From: an uncultured Planctomycetaceae bacterium
GTDB lineage: Bacteria; Planctomycetota; Phycisphaerae; UBA1845; UTPLA1
DNA length: 64,000 nt
Assembly (NCBI GenBank): GCA_964414585.1
Contig: CAYPXR010000093.1
Coordinates: 10,279 to 74,278, forward strand
Reading direction: 5' to 3'
The translations under genes and the position numbers were made by a program. The notes under the pieces were generated by a model. It worked only from the letters and a program-made list of their open reading frames with translations. It made no database searches and had not been told where the DNA came from. Below, one piece after another: positions 45,124 to 54,618 of the stretch (its first letter is position 1; each line of letters opens with the position of its first letter).

Positions 45124-45756
45124 TCATTCGTATTGACGCAGGAGATGGCGACCGCTCGGGGTTACTGAGTAAAGAAGTGTTACCCCTTCCCACGGGTCAT
45201 CGTCAAAATCAATGGGTTGGCCGTCAACTTCCCCTTTGTGGACGGGGAAAGGCTCATCGGCCAGCCAAACATGGGCGCGCTTGCCATCGTGCCGTATAAA
45301 CTCCAAATCTTCGGCGTCGATATCAGAAGGCCATGCGCCGGACTCTTTGACAACGTAACCCAGCGTCGTGAGATCGTGCATCGCTTGTACAGTTATTTCC
45401 ACCAACCCGGAGGTAGCAGCGATGAGCAGGGGAAGCGGAACAGCGGGAGCCGGCATTAGCTGTGCTTCGGAACCAACAAAGTCCTCGATTGCCCCATCGT
45501 GCAGGTGGCTCAGGGCTTTTAGAATTTCGATGTCCGATGCCGTTGGTACAAAATCTGATGATATTCTTGACCAAAGGCGGTTGTTCCATATCCAGTATGC
45601 GGGGTATGACAAGACCGCCATAACCCCCATAAAAAATAACGGGCTGGGCAATAGCTTTCCAGAAACTTGTAGAATGTTCGCAATAACGCCGGTGAGGCCG
45701 CAATACATAGCGATGACTCCTACAGTGGTTTTTAACTTTGGGTGTCTGGCGGCCAT
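45124..45756 (-). CDS. hypothetical membrane-anchored protein
   Basis: 210 aa, two N-terminal TM helices and a soluble C-terminal domain. Lower GC. No family recognised. Confidence 0.45.
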   Translation of the reverse strand: MAARHPKLKTTVGVIAMYCGLTGVIANILQVSGKLLPSPLFFMGVMAVLSYPAYWIWNNRLWSRISSDFVPTASDIEILKALSHLHDGAIEDFVGSEAQLMPAPAVPLPLLIAATSGLVEITVQAMHDLTTLGYVVKESGAWPSDIDAEDLEFIRHDGKRAHVWLADEPFPVHKGEVDGQPIDFDDDPWEGVTLLYSVTPSGRHLLRQYE

Positions 45757-45890
45757 TCCTGCATAATACCGGATGGCTGTTAGGGACGCTTGAAATTAGG
45801 ACAGTATCGAAATGGCCGTCCCCCGTAGAGGACCGCCATTCGTTACGCTATAGTGGCTCCATGATTGAGCCTTTCAGGCGGGATTGAGAT

Positions 45891-46562
45891 ATGGGTAAAT
45901 TTACTGGCACGGCGCTCGTCATTTTATTGACCTTCGGCTGTTCATCGCGAGACCAGATGAACATGTTCATGCGGCAGGTCGATGCCGCGCCTCCTGAAAA
46001 GCGCCCGCCGAATTGGGAACACACCAAAAAATTAATGCAACGGACCGCCCCGGCCGTCGGGCAAGCGGCCCCGGACTTCAGCCTGGCCGCCGTTGATGGA
46101 AAATCATCGCTGACGATGAGCCGGCACCACGGCGATCGGCCGCTCGTGCTCATCTTCGGCAGCTTCACCTGACCGCCTTTTCGGCGCCAGTCTGGCGCCC
46201 TCGAGCAGATGTACCAGACCTATCGCGACAAAGCGGCCTTTCTCTTCGTGTACGTCCGCGAGGCCCATCCCAGCGACGAGTGGCAGATGGGCAGCAACGT
46301 GAAGGAGGGCGTCGTCTTCGCACAGCCGAAGACCGCCGAGGCCCGCCGCGATGTGGCTCGGCAATGTTGCACGAAGCTCTCGTTGACGATGCCGAGCGTC
46401 GTCGATGGCATCGACAATCATGTGGACGATCTTTACGCCGCCTGGCCCGAGCGAATCTTCATCGTCGGCAAGGACGGCCGCATCGCCTACGCCGGCGAGC
46501 AGGGACCCTTCGGTTTCGCGCCAAAGGAGGCGGAGGCCTGGTTAAAAAAGAATACGCGTTGA
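45891..46562 (+). CDS. iodothyronine-deiodinase-like thioredoxin-fold protein, probable selenoprotein (TGA 46170-46172 read as Sec)
   Basis: Two same-frame ORFs joined across a single TGA: ...IFGSFT-U-PPFRRQ...FLFVYVREAHPSDEWQ...YAAWPERIFIVGKDGRIAYAGEQGPFGF. Signal peptide MGKFTGTALVILLTFGC. Confidence 0.75.
46183..46199 (+). promoter_or_regulatory. SECIS-like hairpin downstream of in-frame UGA
   Basis: GGCGCC-AGUCU-GGCGCC, a perfect 6-bp stem starting 10 nt after the UGA. The apical loop lies 17-21 nt from the UGA and contains GU. Confidence 0.5.
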
Positions 46563-46575
46563 TCGGAGGTGTGCT

Positions 46576-46934
46576 ATGCGACTCCACATTCCCGCGTACA
46601 TCGTGTTGACGATCGCGGCGGCCTCGGCATGGGGCCAGTCCTTCAACCTTGCTGTCGGGCCACCCGCAAACCAGCCCTCGTCGAGCAAAGGCGCTGATGC
46701 CAGGCCAACCGGCCGTCAAGAGCTGCGCGAGCAGCGATGAAGAGCCTGGCCACCCGCATTACATCATCGGCGGGGCTTGGCCCGGCCATCGGCCCTTTCG
46801 TGAACGCCCTGGTCAATGCCCCGGCCTACTACACGTCGGAACCGACGTGCCGCATCGATAATGCCGCCATCAACGGCGACATTCAAATCACCAACGCCGA
46901 TGTCCCCGGCTTCATTGCCTTGCTCGGGCTTTAG
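46576..46934 (+). pseudogene. possible frameshifted remnant of a small secreted dockerin-tail protein (or two coupled mini-ORFs)
   Basis: Frame A: MRLHIPAYIVLTIAAASAWGQSFNLAVGPP... (signal peptide), stopping at 46738. Frame B, 46737..46934, ends ...CRIDNAAINGDIQITNADVPGFIALLGL (dockerin-like). ATGA junction. Confidence 0.3.
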
Positions 46935-47074
46935 CCTCCGGCCATTTTCCACAATGCGCAGCCCTATTATCATGATTTCACCACGCGGTCTGGAATCCGC
47001 CGGAAATCCAATATGGGCGGATTTGAATCGATGCCGGTTAGACCTGTCAGATGAAGAAGGATAGAATAATTGTT

Positions 47075-47296
47075 ATGACGCGACTTGAATCCATCTACCA
47101 CGACGCCTTGGCGCTTCCTAAATCGGAGCGTGAGGAGCTCGTGCGCTTGCTTCTCTCGCAACTGCCGGCCACAGAGAACGATGACGCCGGAGTTAGTGAT
47201 CGGGGTCTCGCGGCGTGGACGGAATCATCGCAAGGTGAGGATTGGACGGAGTTTTATCCGGCAGAACTCGTTAACGGCCGAAAGGGCAAGCCGTGA
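47075..47296 (+). CDS. addiction-module antitoxin-like protein (TIGR02574-type N-terminus)
   Basis: MTRLESIYHDALALPKSEREELVRLLLSQL. TAGAAT lies 7 nt upstream of ATG 47075, so the mRNA may be leaderless. ORF-track start 47051 is also possible. Stop overlaps the toxin start (GTGA). Confidence 0.6.
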   Translation: MTRLESIYHDALALPKSEREELVRLLLSQLPATENDDAGVSDRGLAAWTESSQGEDWTEFYPAELVNGRKGKP

Positions 47297-47610
47297 CGCG
47301 CGGCGAAGTCTGGTGGGCGGAATTGGCGGGTGCGGCGGGATTTCGTCCTGTTGTCGTCATTTCGCGCGGGGAAAACCTCGACCGACGAAAGAACATCACG
47401 ATCGCGGAGATTACCCGCGTGGTAAGATCATTGCCGAGCGAGGTGCCGCTTTCGATGGCCGAGGGCATGCCCGCCGATTGCGTCATTAACACAGATAACA
47501 TACACACCATCCCCCGAGAGCGATTCCGGCAATACATTTTAGGTTTATCTACTGAACAAGTATTTTCGCTTGAGCGTGCCCTACGCCATTCGCTGGGTTT
47601 GGAATGGTGA
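47293..47610 (+). CDS. MazF/PemK-family toxin (endoribonuclease)
   Basis: RGEVWWAEL...RPVVVIS...ITIAEITRVVRSLPSEVPL...ADCVINTDNIHTIPRERF fits the PemK/MazF pattern. Confidence 0.8.
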   Translation: MTRGEVWWAELAGAAGFRPVVVISRGENLDRRKNITIAEITRVVRSLPSEVPLSMAEGMPADCVINTDNIHTIPRERFRQYILGLSTEQVFSLERALRHSLGLEW

Positions 47611-47635
47611 TGGCGCCGAGGCCACGGACTGACGG

Positions 47636-48463
47636 TTAGAGGCCGGGAGGTTCCGGTGGAATCAGACGACTTCCATCGGGCTGAACGTAATAAAGGAATC
47701 CCATGAACCTTCCACCGCCCGGACGCGATTTGCTCGAATCAGGCTCTTCAAGATAAATCCGCGCGAAGTGTTGACCGTCTCGACATCGAACGAACAAAAT
47801 TCGTCTCGTCGACCCCAGCCGAACCTCTTTGACGTACCCCTCGGCCGGTGCCTCGAGCATTTGTAAGAACTCCGCATAAGGGCTCGAAGTGGTTTTTGGG
47901 ATAAAAGGAAAAAGCCCGCCGTTGCCGCAGGCCACGACGATTACGGCGTGATGATCCGATTCATCAGGACGAATCACGATATCGGCCTTGTCCGGAGTAA
48001 CCTTTTTGCCGTTCAGGAGGTCAAAGCCTTTTTCTGCGGCTTTTCCATCGTGAACAAGAACGCCGACCTTCATCTTTAGCACGCCTTTGGGAACGCGTGT
48101 CAGTTTGATGATCCCGGGGCCGCCGTATTTCGAGTCATCGTTTGGAAAATAACCCGGCATGCGTGCCTGAACGCGACTAAACAAACCGAAGAGCCAGAAA
48201 AAACAATACCGTCCTTCCGCATCGGTGCGAGCATCGTGTTCAACATCGTATGTGCCGTAGAACGGGTAGTAGTAGGTCGTATATAGACAAACAGTCGCCT
48301 CCGAGATGGGTCGTGATGTATCGACGGAAATTATTGTGCCTACTTTTGCGCACCCCGAAATCAAAGTGATCAGCGAATAGGCAGACAACATGGCGAAAGC
48401 AAGAGACCGTTCGGAGGCCGGATCGGTCCGATTCGAGATCCTACTGGCCGAAAATTGATTCAT
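47636..48463 (-). CDS. hypothetical lipoprotein (carboxypeptidase-regulatory-like N-domain?)
   Basis: LITLISGC lipobox and TDAEGRYCF motif. Lower GC. ORF-track start 48550 would overlap glnS, so Met 48463 (or 48487) is preferred. Confidence 0.45.
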   Translation of the reverse strand: MNQFSASRISNRTDPASERSLAFAMLSAYSLITLISGCAKVGTIISVDTSRPISEATVCLYTTYYYPFYGTYDVEHDARTDAEGRYCFFWLFGLFSRVQARMPGYFPNDDSKYGGPGIIKLTRVPKGVLKMKVGVLVHDGKAAEKGFDLLNGKKVTPDKADIVIRPDESDHHAVIVVACGNGGLFPFIPKTTSSPYAEFLQMLEAPAEGYVKEVRLGSTRRILFVRCRDGQHFARIYLEEPDSSKSRPGGGRFMGFLYYVQPDGSRLIPPEPPGL

Positions 48464-48538
48464 CGTGGCTTTGTCCGATTCTCCCATTATAATCCAAATC
48501 CCCAATAGCATGACAACGGTGGCAGGGAATCGACCGAT

Positions 48539-50269
48539 ATGAACGACCAAGATACAAAGCCTTCAACGCACTTCATCCAGGAAATCATCGACGCCGACCG
48601 TCAGGCGGGGAAGTGGGGCGGCCGCGTCCACACGCGCTTTCCCCCGGAGCCCAATGGCTACCTGCACATCGGACATGCCAAGAGCATCAATCTGAACTTC
48701 GGGCTCGCCCAGGAGTTCGGCGGAAAGTTCAACCTCCGCTTCGACGACACCAACCCGGAGAAGGAAGAGCACGAGTACGTGCAGTCGATAATCGAGGATG
48801 CCCGCTGGCTGGGGGCGGATTGGGGCGACCGGCTGCTCTATGCCAGCGACTACTTCCAACAGATGTACGACTGGGCTGTCGAGCTGATCAAGAAGGGCAA
48901 GGCCTACGTTTGCGACCTGACCGGCGATCAGGCGCGTGAATATCGCGGCGCGCTGACCAGGCCGGGCAAGAACAGCCCCTTCCGCGATCGGTCTGTCGAG
49001 GAGAATCTCGATCTTTTCGACCGCATGCGCAAGGGCGAGTTTCCCGATGGCTCGCGGACGCTCCGGGCCAAGATCGACATGGCCAGCGCCAATTTCAATC
49101 TGCGCGATCCGATCATGTACCGCATCGTCCACGCCGAGCACCATCGCCAGGGCAATAAGTGGTGCATCTACCCGATGTACGACTGGGCCCACGGCAACGA
49201 GGATGCGATCGAGGGACTTACGCATTCTATTTGCACGCTGGAGTTCGAGAACCATCGACCGCTGTACGACTGGTTCATCGACGCGATCAACGAAGGGCGG
49301 ACCGACGATGGCAGCGGCCCGTGGGGCAAGAAGATTCCACATTCGCAGCAAATCGAATTCGCGCGACTGGCGTTGACGTATACGCTGATGAGCAAGCGAA
49401 AGTTGCTGGAACTCGTCAAAGGCAACCATGTCCGCGGCTGGGATGACCCGCGGCTGCCGACGATCTGCGGCCTGCGTCGGCGCGGTTATACGCCGGAGGC
49501 CATACGGGCGTTTTGCGTCGATATCGGCGTGGCGAAGTTCAACAGCATGATCGACATGGTTCGTCTGGAAAACGCCGTCCGCAACGATTTGAACAAGACC
49601 GCTCCGCGCGTCATGGGCGTCCTCCGCCCGCTTAAGCTCGTCATTGAGAATTACGACGAAGGCAAGACGGACGAGCTTGATGCCGTGAATAATCCCGAGG
49701 ACGCGTCCGCCGGGACGCGCAAGGTTCCGTTCTCCCGCGTGCTTTACGTCGAGCGCGACGATTTTCGCGAAGAGCCGCCCAAGGGCTTCTTCCGACTCTT
49801 CCCCGGCAACGAGGTGCGGCTGCGCTACGCCTACTACGTCAAATGCACCGGCGTCGTGAAGGACCCGGCGACCGGCGAGGTAACGGAGATTCGCTGCACG
49901 TACGACCCGGCGACGCGCGGCGGCGATTCGCCCGATCATCGCAAGGTCAAATCGACGCTGCACTGGGTCTCGGCGGCGCACGCGATCGACGCGGAGGTAC
50001 GGCTCTACGATCACCTTTTCAGCACGCCTGACCCGAGCGACGTGCCCGAGGGCGTCGATTACAAAACTAACTTGAATCCCAACTCGCTGGAGACGCTGAC
50101 GGGCTGCAAGCTAGAGCCGAGCATCGCATCGGCCCAGCCCGGCCATCGCTGCCAGTTCGAGCGCCACGGCTACTTCTGTGTCGACCCTGATTCCAAACCC
50201 GGCGCGCTCGTCTTCAATCGCACGGTGTCGCTGAAGGACACGTGGGCGAAGATGGAAAAGAAGAAGTGA
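48539..50269 (+). CDS. glnS: glutamine--tRNA ligase
   Basis: [16 protein letters not shown] (HIGH), LMSKRK (KMSKS) and a C-terminal anticodon-binding beta-barrel region. 576 aa. Confidence 0.95.
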   Translation: MNDQDTKPSTHFIQEIIDADRQAGKWGGRVHTRFPPEPNGYLHIGHAKSINLNFGLAQEFGGKFNLRFDDTNPEKEEHEYVQSIIEDARWLGADWGDRLLYASDYFQQMYDWAVELIKKGKAYVCDLTGDQAREYRGALTRPGKNSPFRDRSVEENLDLFDRMRKGEFPDGSRTLRAKIDMASANFNLRDPIMYRIVHAEHHRQGNKWCIYPMYDWAHGNEDAIEGLTHSICTLEFENHRPLYDWFIDAINEGRTDDGSGPWGKKIPHSQQIEFARLALTYTLMSKRKLLELVKGNHVRGWDDPRLPTICGLRRRGYTPEAIRAFCVDIGVAKFNSMIDMVRLENAVRNDLNKTAPRVMGVLRPLKLVIENYDEGKTDELDAVNNPEDASAGTRKVPFSRVLYVERDDFREEPPKGFFRLFPGNEVRLRYAYYVKCTGVVKDPATGEVTEIRCTYDPATRGGDSPDHRKVKSTLHWVSAAHAIDAEVRLYDHLFSTPDPSDVPEGVDYKTNLNPNSLETLTGCKLEPSIASAQPGHRCQFERHGYFCVDPDSKPGALVFNRTVSLKDTWAKMEKKK

Positions 50270-50427
50270 TTCTTGGGATTTGAGGGCGATGCAACCAACA
50301 TGCGTCTAATCTGGGATGCCCGCCCCCATTTTAGGTTTCGGTCCCCATCGTAGCCCTGCCCATTCGCACTGACCCGCCCCGCGCGTTATAATATCTCCCC
50401 GCAATTAACCCATTGGAGGAAAGACCC

Positions 50428-53268
50428 ATGAATTCGATTAACCGTCTATTGGTCGTCGCCCTTCTTGCCACGGCGTTCCTGGCGCCTCGATCCATCGCCT
50501 CGGACGCCCCGGCGCCCAAGAAGATCACCACCGTCGAAGGCATCACCGAGTACCAACTCGGCAACGGCCTCAAGGTGCTGCTCTTCCCCGATCCGTCCAA
50601 GCCGACCGTGACCGTCAACGTCACCTATTTCGTCGGTTCGCGACACGAAGGCTACGGCGAGACCGGCATGGCCCACCTCCTGGAACATATGGTCTTCAAG
50701 GGCACGCCCAACCATCCGACGGTCTGGAAAGACCTCCAGGACCACGGCGCGAACTTCAACGGCACGACCTCATTCGATCGTACGAATTATTTCGAGACGA
50801 TGCCGGCGACGGCGGAGAATCTCGAGTTCGGCCTGTCGCTGGAATCCGACCGCATGGTCAACAGCAACATCGCCAAGAAAGACCTGGACTCGGAGTTCAG
50901 CGTCGTCCGCAACGAATTCGAGATGGGCGAAAACAATCCCCTGGCCGTCCTCGAAGAGCGAATCTGGTCGACCGCCTTCCTCTGGCACAACTACGGCAAG
51001 AGCACGATCGGCTCGCGCGAGGACATCGAGCGGGTACCGATTAACCGTCTGAAGGCGTTTTACCAGAAGTACTATCAACCCGATAACGCGATGCTCGTGG
51101 TCGCCGGTCAGTTCGATGCCGACAAAACGCTCGCGCGGATCAACGAACTTTTCGGCAGCATCCCACGGCCGACGCGTGTCCTCGATGCGACCTATACAGT
51201 CGAGCCGCCGCAGGACGGCGAGCGAGAGGTGACGCTGCGCCGCGTGGGCGATATCCAGGCGATCGGCGTGGCCTATCACATCTGCGCCGGCTCGCACGAG
51301 GACATGCCCGCGTTGGAAGTCCTGGCCGACATCATGGACGCGACCCAGACGGGCCGACTTTACAAGGCCCTCGTCGAGACGCAGATGGCCACGCGGGTCA
51401 GCGCCTCGGCCGAAGACCTCTTCGATCCCGGTCTGATGACCTTCGACGCCGAAGTAGAGGCGAAAAAGCCCCTCGAGCCGGTCCGCAAGACGCTCCTGGA
51501 GACCATCGACGGCATGGCGTCGAGCGACATCAGCAAGGAGGAAGTCGAACGGGCCAAGAACTCGTTTCTCAAGCGCTTCGAGACGCTCATGGGCGACAGC
51601 GGCCGCGTCGGCGTGGTTATTTCCAACTGGGCGGCGCAAGGCGACTGGCGCTTGATGTTCCTGCACCGCGATCGGATGAAGAAGGTGACGCCGGAAGACG
51701 TGAAGCGCGTCGCCGAATTGTACCTGAAGCCGAGCAATCGCACCGTCGGTGTGTTCGTCCCGACGAAAGACCCGGAGCGGACGAAAGTTCCCCCGACGCC
51801 GGATATCCCGGCGCTGGTCGAAAATTACAAAGGCCAGACGGCCGTCGCCGTCGGCGAAGCGATCGAAGCCGACCCCATGGCCATCGAGGCCCGCACCCTG
51901 CGAGGCGAACTGGCCACCGGCATCAAGACGGCCCTGCTCCCGAAGAAGACCCGCGGCGGCCGCGTCTATGTGGACCTGACGCTCCGCTACGGCAGCGAGT
52001 CAACCCTCAAGGGTCGCACGGACGCCGCCGAGTTTCTCGCCCCCATGCTGGAACGCGGAACGGCCAAACACACCCGCCGGGAAATTGAAGACGAGTTCGA
52101 CAAGCTCAAGGCCAATGTCAACATCGGCGCCGGCGGCGGCGGCATGGGTCGGCGCGGTCGGATGTTCGGCGGCGGCGGCGGGTCGTTGGGCGCCCTCTCG
52201 GTGTCCATCGAAGCCCCAAAGGAAAACCTTCCCAAGGTCATCGCCCTCGTCGGCGAGATGCTCCGCGAGCCGGCCTTCCCGCAAAAGGAATTCGACAAGC
52301 TCAAGAAGCAGCGCGTCAGCGGCATCGAACAGCGCCGCTCCGAACCGGCCATGCAGGCGATGAATGCGCTACGGCGCAAGACGTCGCCCTATTCTTCCGA
52401 CGACGTCCGCTATGTCCCTTCGATCGACGAGGACCTGGAGCGCACCAAGGCGGTGAAGCTCGACGAAGTCAAGAAGGTCTACACCGACCTGGTCGGGGCG
52501 AACTTCGGTGAACTGGCCGCCGTCGGCGACTTCGACCCCGCAGACCTCACGAAGCAGTTCGAGAAGATTCTGGGCGACTGGAAGAGTCCGAAGCCCTACG
52601 AACGTGTGGCGATGACCTTTCACGAGATTTCCCCCGAGGACATCATTTTGAAGACCCCCGACAAGGCCATGGCCCTCATCCTGATGGGCACCACCCTCAA
52701 TCTGCGCGACGACGACGCCGATTACCCTGCCGCCCAGATGGGCAACATGATCCTCGGCCTCGGCGGAAACTCCCGGCTCATCAACCGCCTGCGGCAAAAA
52801 GAGGGCTTTTCCTACTCGGTCGCCTCAATGCTCAGCGCCCCGTCGGAAGACCGCGCGGGCAGTCTGACGGTCTTCGCCAACTGCGCCCCCGACAACGCCG
52901 CCAAGTGCGCGACCGCCGCCCAGGAGGAGATTGCCAAGTTCCTCAAGGACGGCGTGACACAAAAGGAACTCGACGACGCGAAGAAGGGCTACGCGCAGCA
53001 GGTCCAGGTCCAGCTTTCCCAGGACGGGGCCCTCGCCGGCATCCTCGCCCGCCAGGCCAACGTCGGACGGACGATGAAATTCACCAAAGAGCAGATGGAC
53101 AAGATTGAAAAGCTCACGGTGGACGACATCAACTCGACCGCCCGCAAACATTTGAGCGCGGACAAATTCGTCAACATCCAGGCCGGCGATTTGAAGAGCC
53201 CGTCGCCCAAGGAGCCGACCAAAGTCCCGGGCAAGACCGAGGGTCAGGAACCCGCCGAACGAAGCTGA
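50428..53268 (+). CDS. secreted M16 (pitrilysin/insulinase) family zinc peptidase, double-unit
   Basis: GGAGGA before ATG 50428. Signal peptide. HxxEH as HLLEHMVFKG. The second, inactive-type M16 half follows a Gly-rich linker. Confidence 0.9.
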   Translation: MNSINRLLVVALLATAFLAPRSIASDAPAPKKITTVEGITEYQLGNGLKVLLFPDPSKPTVTVNVTYFVGSRHEGYGETGMAHLLEHMVFKGTPNHPTVWKDLQDHGANFNGTTSFDRTNYFETMPATAENLEFGLSLESDRMVNSNIAKKDLDSEFSVVRNEFEMGENNPLAVLEERIWSTAFLWHNYGKSTIGSREDIERVPINRLKAFYQKYYQPDNAMLVVAGQFDADKTLARINELFGSIPRPTRVLDATYTVEPPQDGEREVTLRRVGDIQAIGVAYHICAGSHEDMPALEVLADIMDATQTGRLYKALVETQMATRVSASAEDLFDPGLMTFDAEVEAKKPLEPVRKTLLETIDGMASSDISKEEVERAKNSFLKRFETLMGDSGRVGVVISNWAAQGDWRLMFLHRDRMKKVTPEDVKRVAELYLKPSNRTVGVFVPTKDPERTKVPPTPDIPALVENYKGQTAVAVGEAIEADPMAIEARTLRGELATGIKTALLPKKTRGGRVYVDLTLRYGSESTLKGRTDAAEFLAPMLERGTAKHTRREIEDEFDKLKANVNIGAGGGGMGRRGRMFGGGGGSLGALSVSIEAPKENLPKVIALVGEMLREPAFPQKEFDKLKKQRVSGIEQRRSEPAMQAMNALRRKTSPYSSDDVRYVPSIDEDLERTKAVKLDEVKKVYTDLVGANFGELAAVGDFDPADLTKQFEKILGDWKSPKPYERVAMTFHEISPEDIILKTPDKAMALILMGTTLNLRDDDADYPAAQMGNMILGLGGNSRLINRLRQKEGFSYSVASMLSAPSEDRAGSLTVFANCAPDNAAKCATAAQEEIAKFLKDGVTQKELDDAKKGYAQQVQVQLSQDGALAGILARQANVGRTMKFTKEQMDKIEKLTVDDINSTARKHLSADKFVNIQAGDLKSPSPKEPTKVPGKTEGQEPAERS

Positions 53269-53385
53269 GCCGATCGGTCTGCGTCGATGGACGAGATAGC
53301 GTTGCCCTCCGAGCCGCGCGGCGCAAGCCCGCGGCCGACCGCGAGCGACACTTGTCTTTTTGCGCGCTGCCTTGGCCGCTGACCA

Positions 53386-54450
53386 CTACTTCCCAAACTC
53401 CTCCGGATCCTTCGCAAAGGCCCGGGCGGTCTCCATCGTGATTTTGCCTTCGAGCAGCAGCCGCTTGAGGTCCGCGTCGAGCGACCACATGCCCTCGCGC
53501 CGGCCGCTTTGGATCGCGGTGTCCAGGCTCTCGATCTTGCCGACGCGGATGGCGCTGCGCACGCCGAAGCTTGCGGACATCACCTCCATCGCCAGGACCC
53601 GTCGCCCGCCGGCGTCCGTGGGTAGCAGATGCTGCGCAATGACGTAGCGCAGGCTCATGGAAAGCTGCGTTCGGATGTCGTCGTGCTGCTCCGACGGGAA
53701 CAAATCGATGAGCCGGGTGACCGCCCCCTTGGCGTCCGGCGTGTGCAGCGTCGCGAAAATCAGATGCCCCGTCTCCGCCGCGGAAAGCGCGAGTTGCGCC
53801 GTCTCTCGGTCGCGAATCTCTCCGACGAGCAGAACGTCCGGATCCTGTCGCAGCCCATAGCGCAGACCGTCGTAAAAGCTGGCCACGTCCGCGCCGACTT
53901 CGCGCTGCGTGACGAGACTGCCGGGGGAGGGAGGGTAGAGATATTCGATCGGCTCCTCGATGGTGATGATCCGCGACCCGCCGCGCGAATTGAGCAGTTG
54001 TATGAGCGCGGCGATGCTCGTCGTCTTCCCGCTGCCGGTGATGCCGGTCACCAGGACCAGCCCACTGGTCAGCGCCGCGATCCGCTCGGCCAGTTCGGCG
54101 GGAATGCCCAAGGCGGCCGGCGAAGGAATCTCGCTGGGAATCGCGCGGATACAGGCCCCGGCCTCGCCCCGCGCGAAAAAGACGTTGACGCGAAAGCGAT
54201 GCGCCGCCGGACCTTCGCCGACCTGAAGGGCGAAATCAAGATCGGTCCCCGCGCTCAATCGCGCCTTGACCTCCGCCGGGGCCACGGCGCCGATCAGCGG
54301 CAACACGCCGCCCTCGCCAATCGCCCCGCCCTCCGCGGCCGACAGCACGCCGTGAATCCGGTACATCGGCGGATTCCCCGCGACCAGGTGCAGGTCCGAC
54401 GCCTGCCGGGTGTGCATGTCGGTGAGGAGGTTTTTGAGATCAGTCGTCAT
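53386..54450 (-). CDS. pilT: type IV pilus retraction ATPase, PilT family (second copy)
   Basis: ASDLHLVAGNPP, GITGSGKTT, GEIRD, AAETGHLIFATLHT. 354 aa. Confidence 0.85.
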   Translation of the reverse strand: MTTDLKNLLTDMHTRQASDLHLVAGNPPMYRIHGVLSAAEGGAIGEGGVLPLIGAVAPAEVKARLSAGTDLDFALQVGEGPAAHRFRVNVFFARGEAGACIRAIPSEIPSPAALGIPAELAERIAALTSGLVLVTGITGSGKTTSIAALIQLLNSRGGSRIITIEEPIEYLYPPSPGSLVTQREVGADVASFYDGLRYGLRQDPDVLLVGEIRDRETAQLALSAAETGHLIFATLHTPDAKGAVTRLIDLFPSEQHDDIRTQLSMSLRYVIAQHLLPTDAGGRRVLAMEVMSASFGVRSAIRVGKIESLDTAIQSGRREGMWSLDADLKRLLLEGKITMETARAFAKDPEEFGK

Positions 54451-54618
54451 TTTGAGGCTGTTCGGTACTGATACACGCGATATTAGCCGCTGGTTGCGGG
54501 TGCGTCATGGCGTCGCGGGTCCGGTCCGGACGATAGAAATTTAGGCAGTTGACCTGAAAAAATAGGGATGTCTGGCTTGCGTTGGGCTAAATGTTAGGTT
54601 ATAGTTAGGAGTAATACC

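Noticed and set aside
48563-50014. 483-aa minus-strand ORF
   Set aside because: Antisense to glnS (HIGH and KMSKS motifs are on the + strand).
54577-54605. TTGCGT-N17-TATAGT promoter-like element before the Gp37/Gp68 gene
   Set aside because: The -10 ends 13 nt before the ATG, so the predicted TSS would fall on or after the AGGAG SD. That is internally inconsistent, so it is not reported as a feature.
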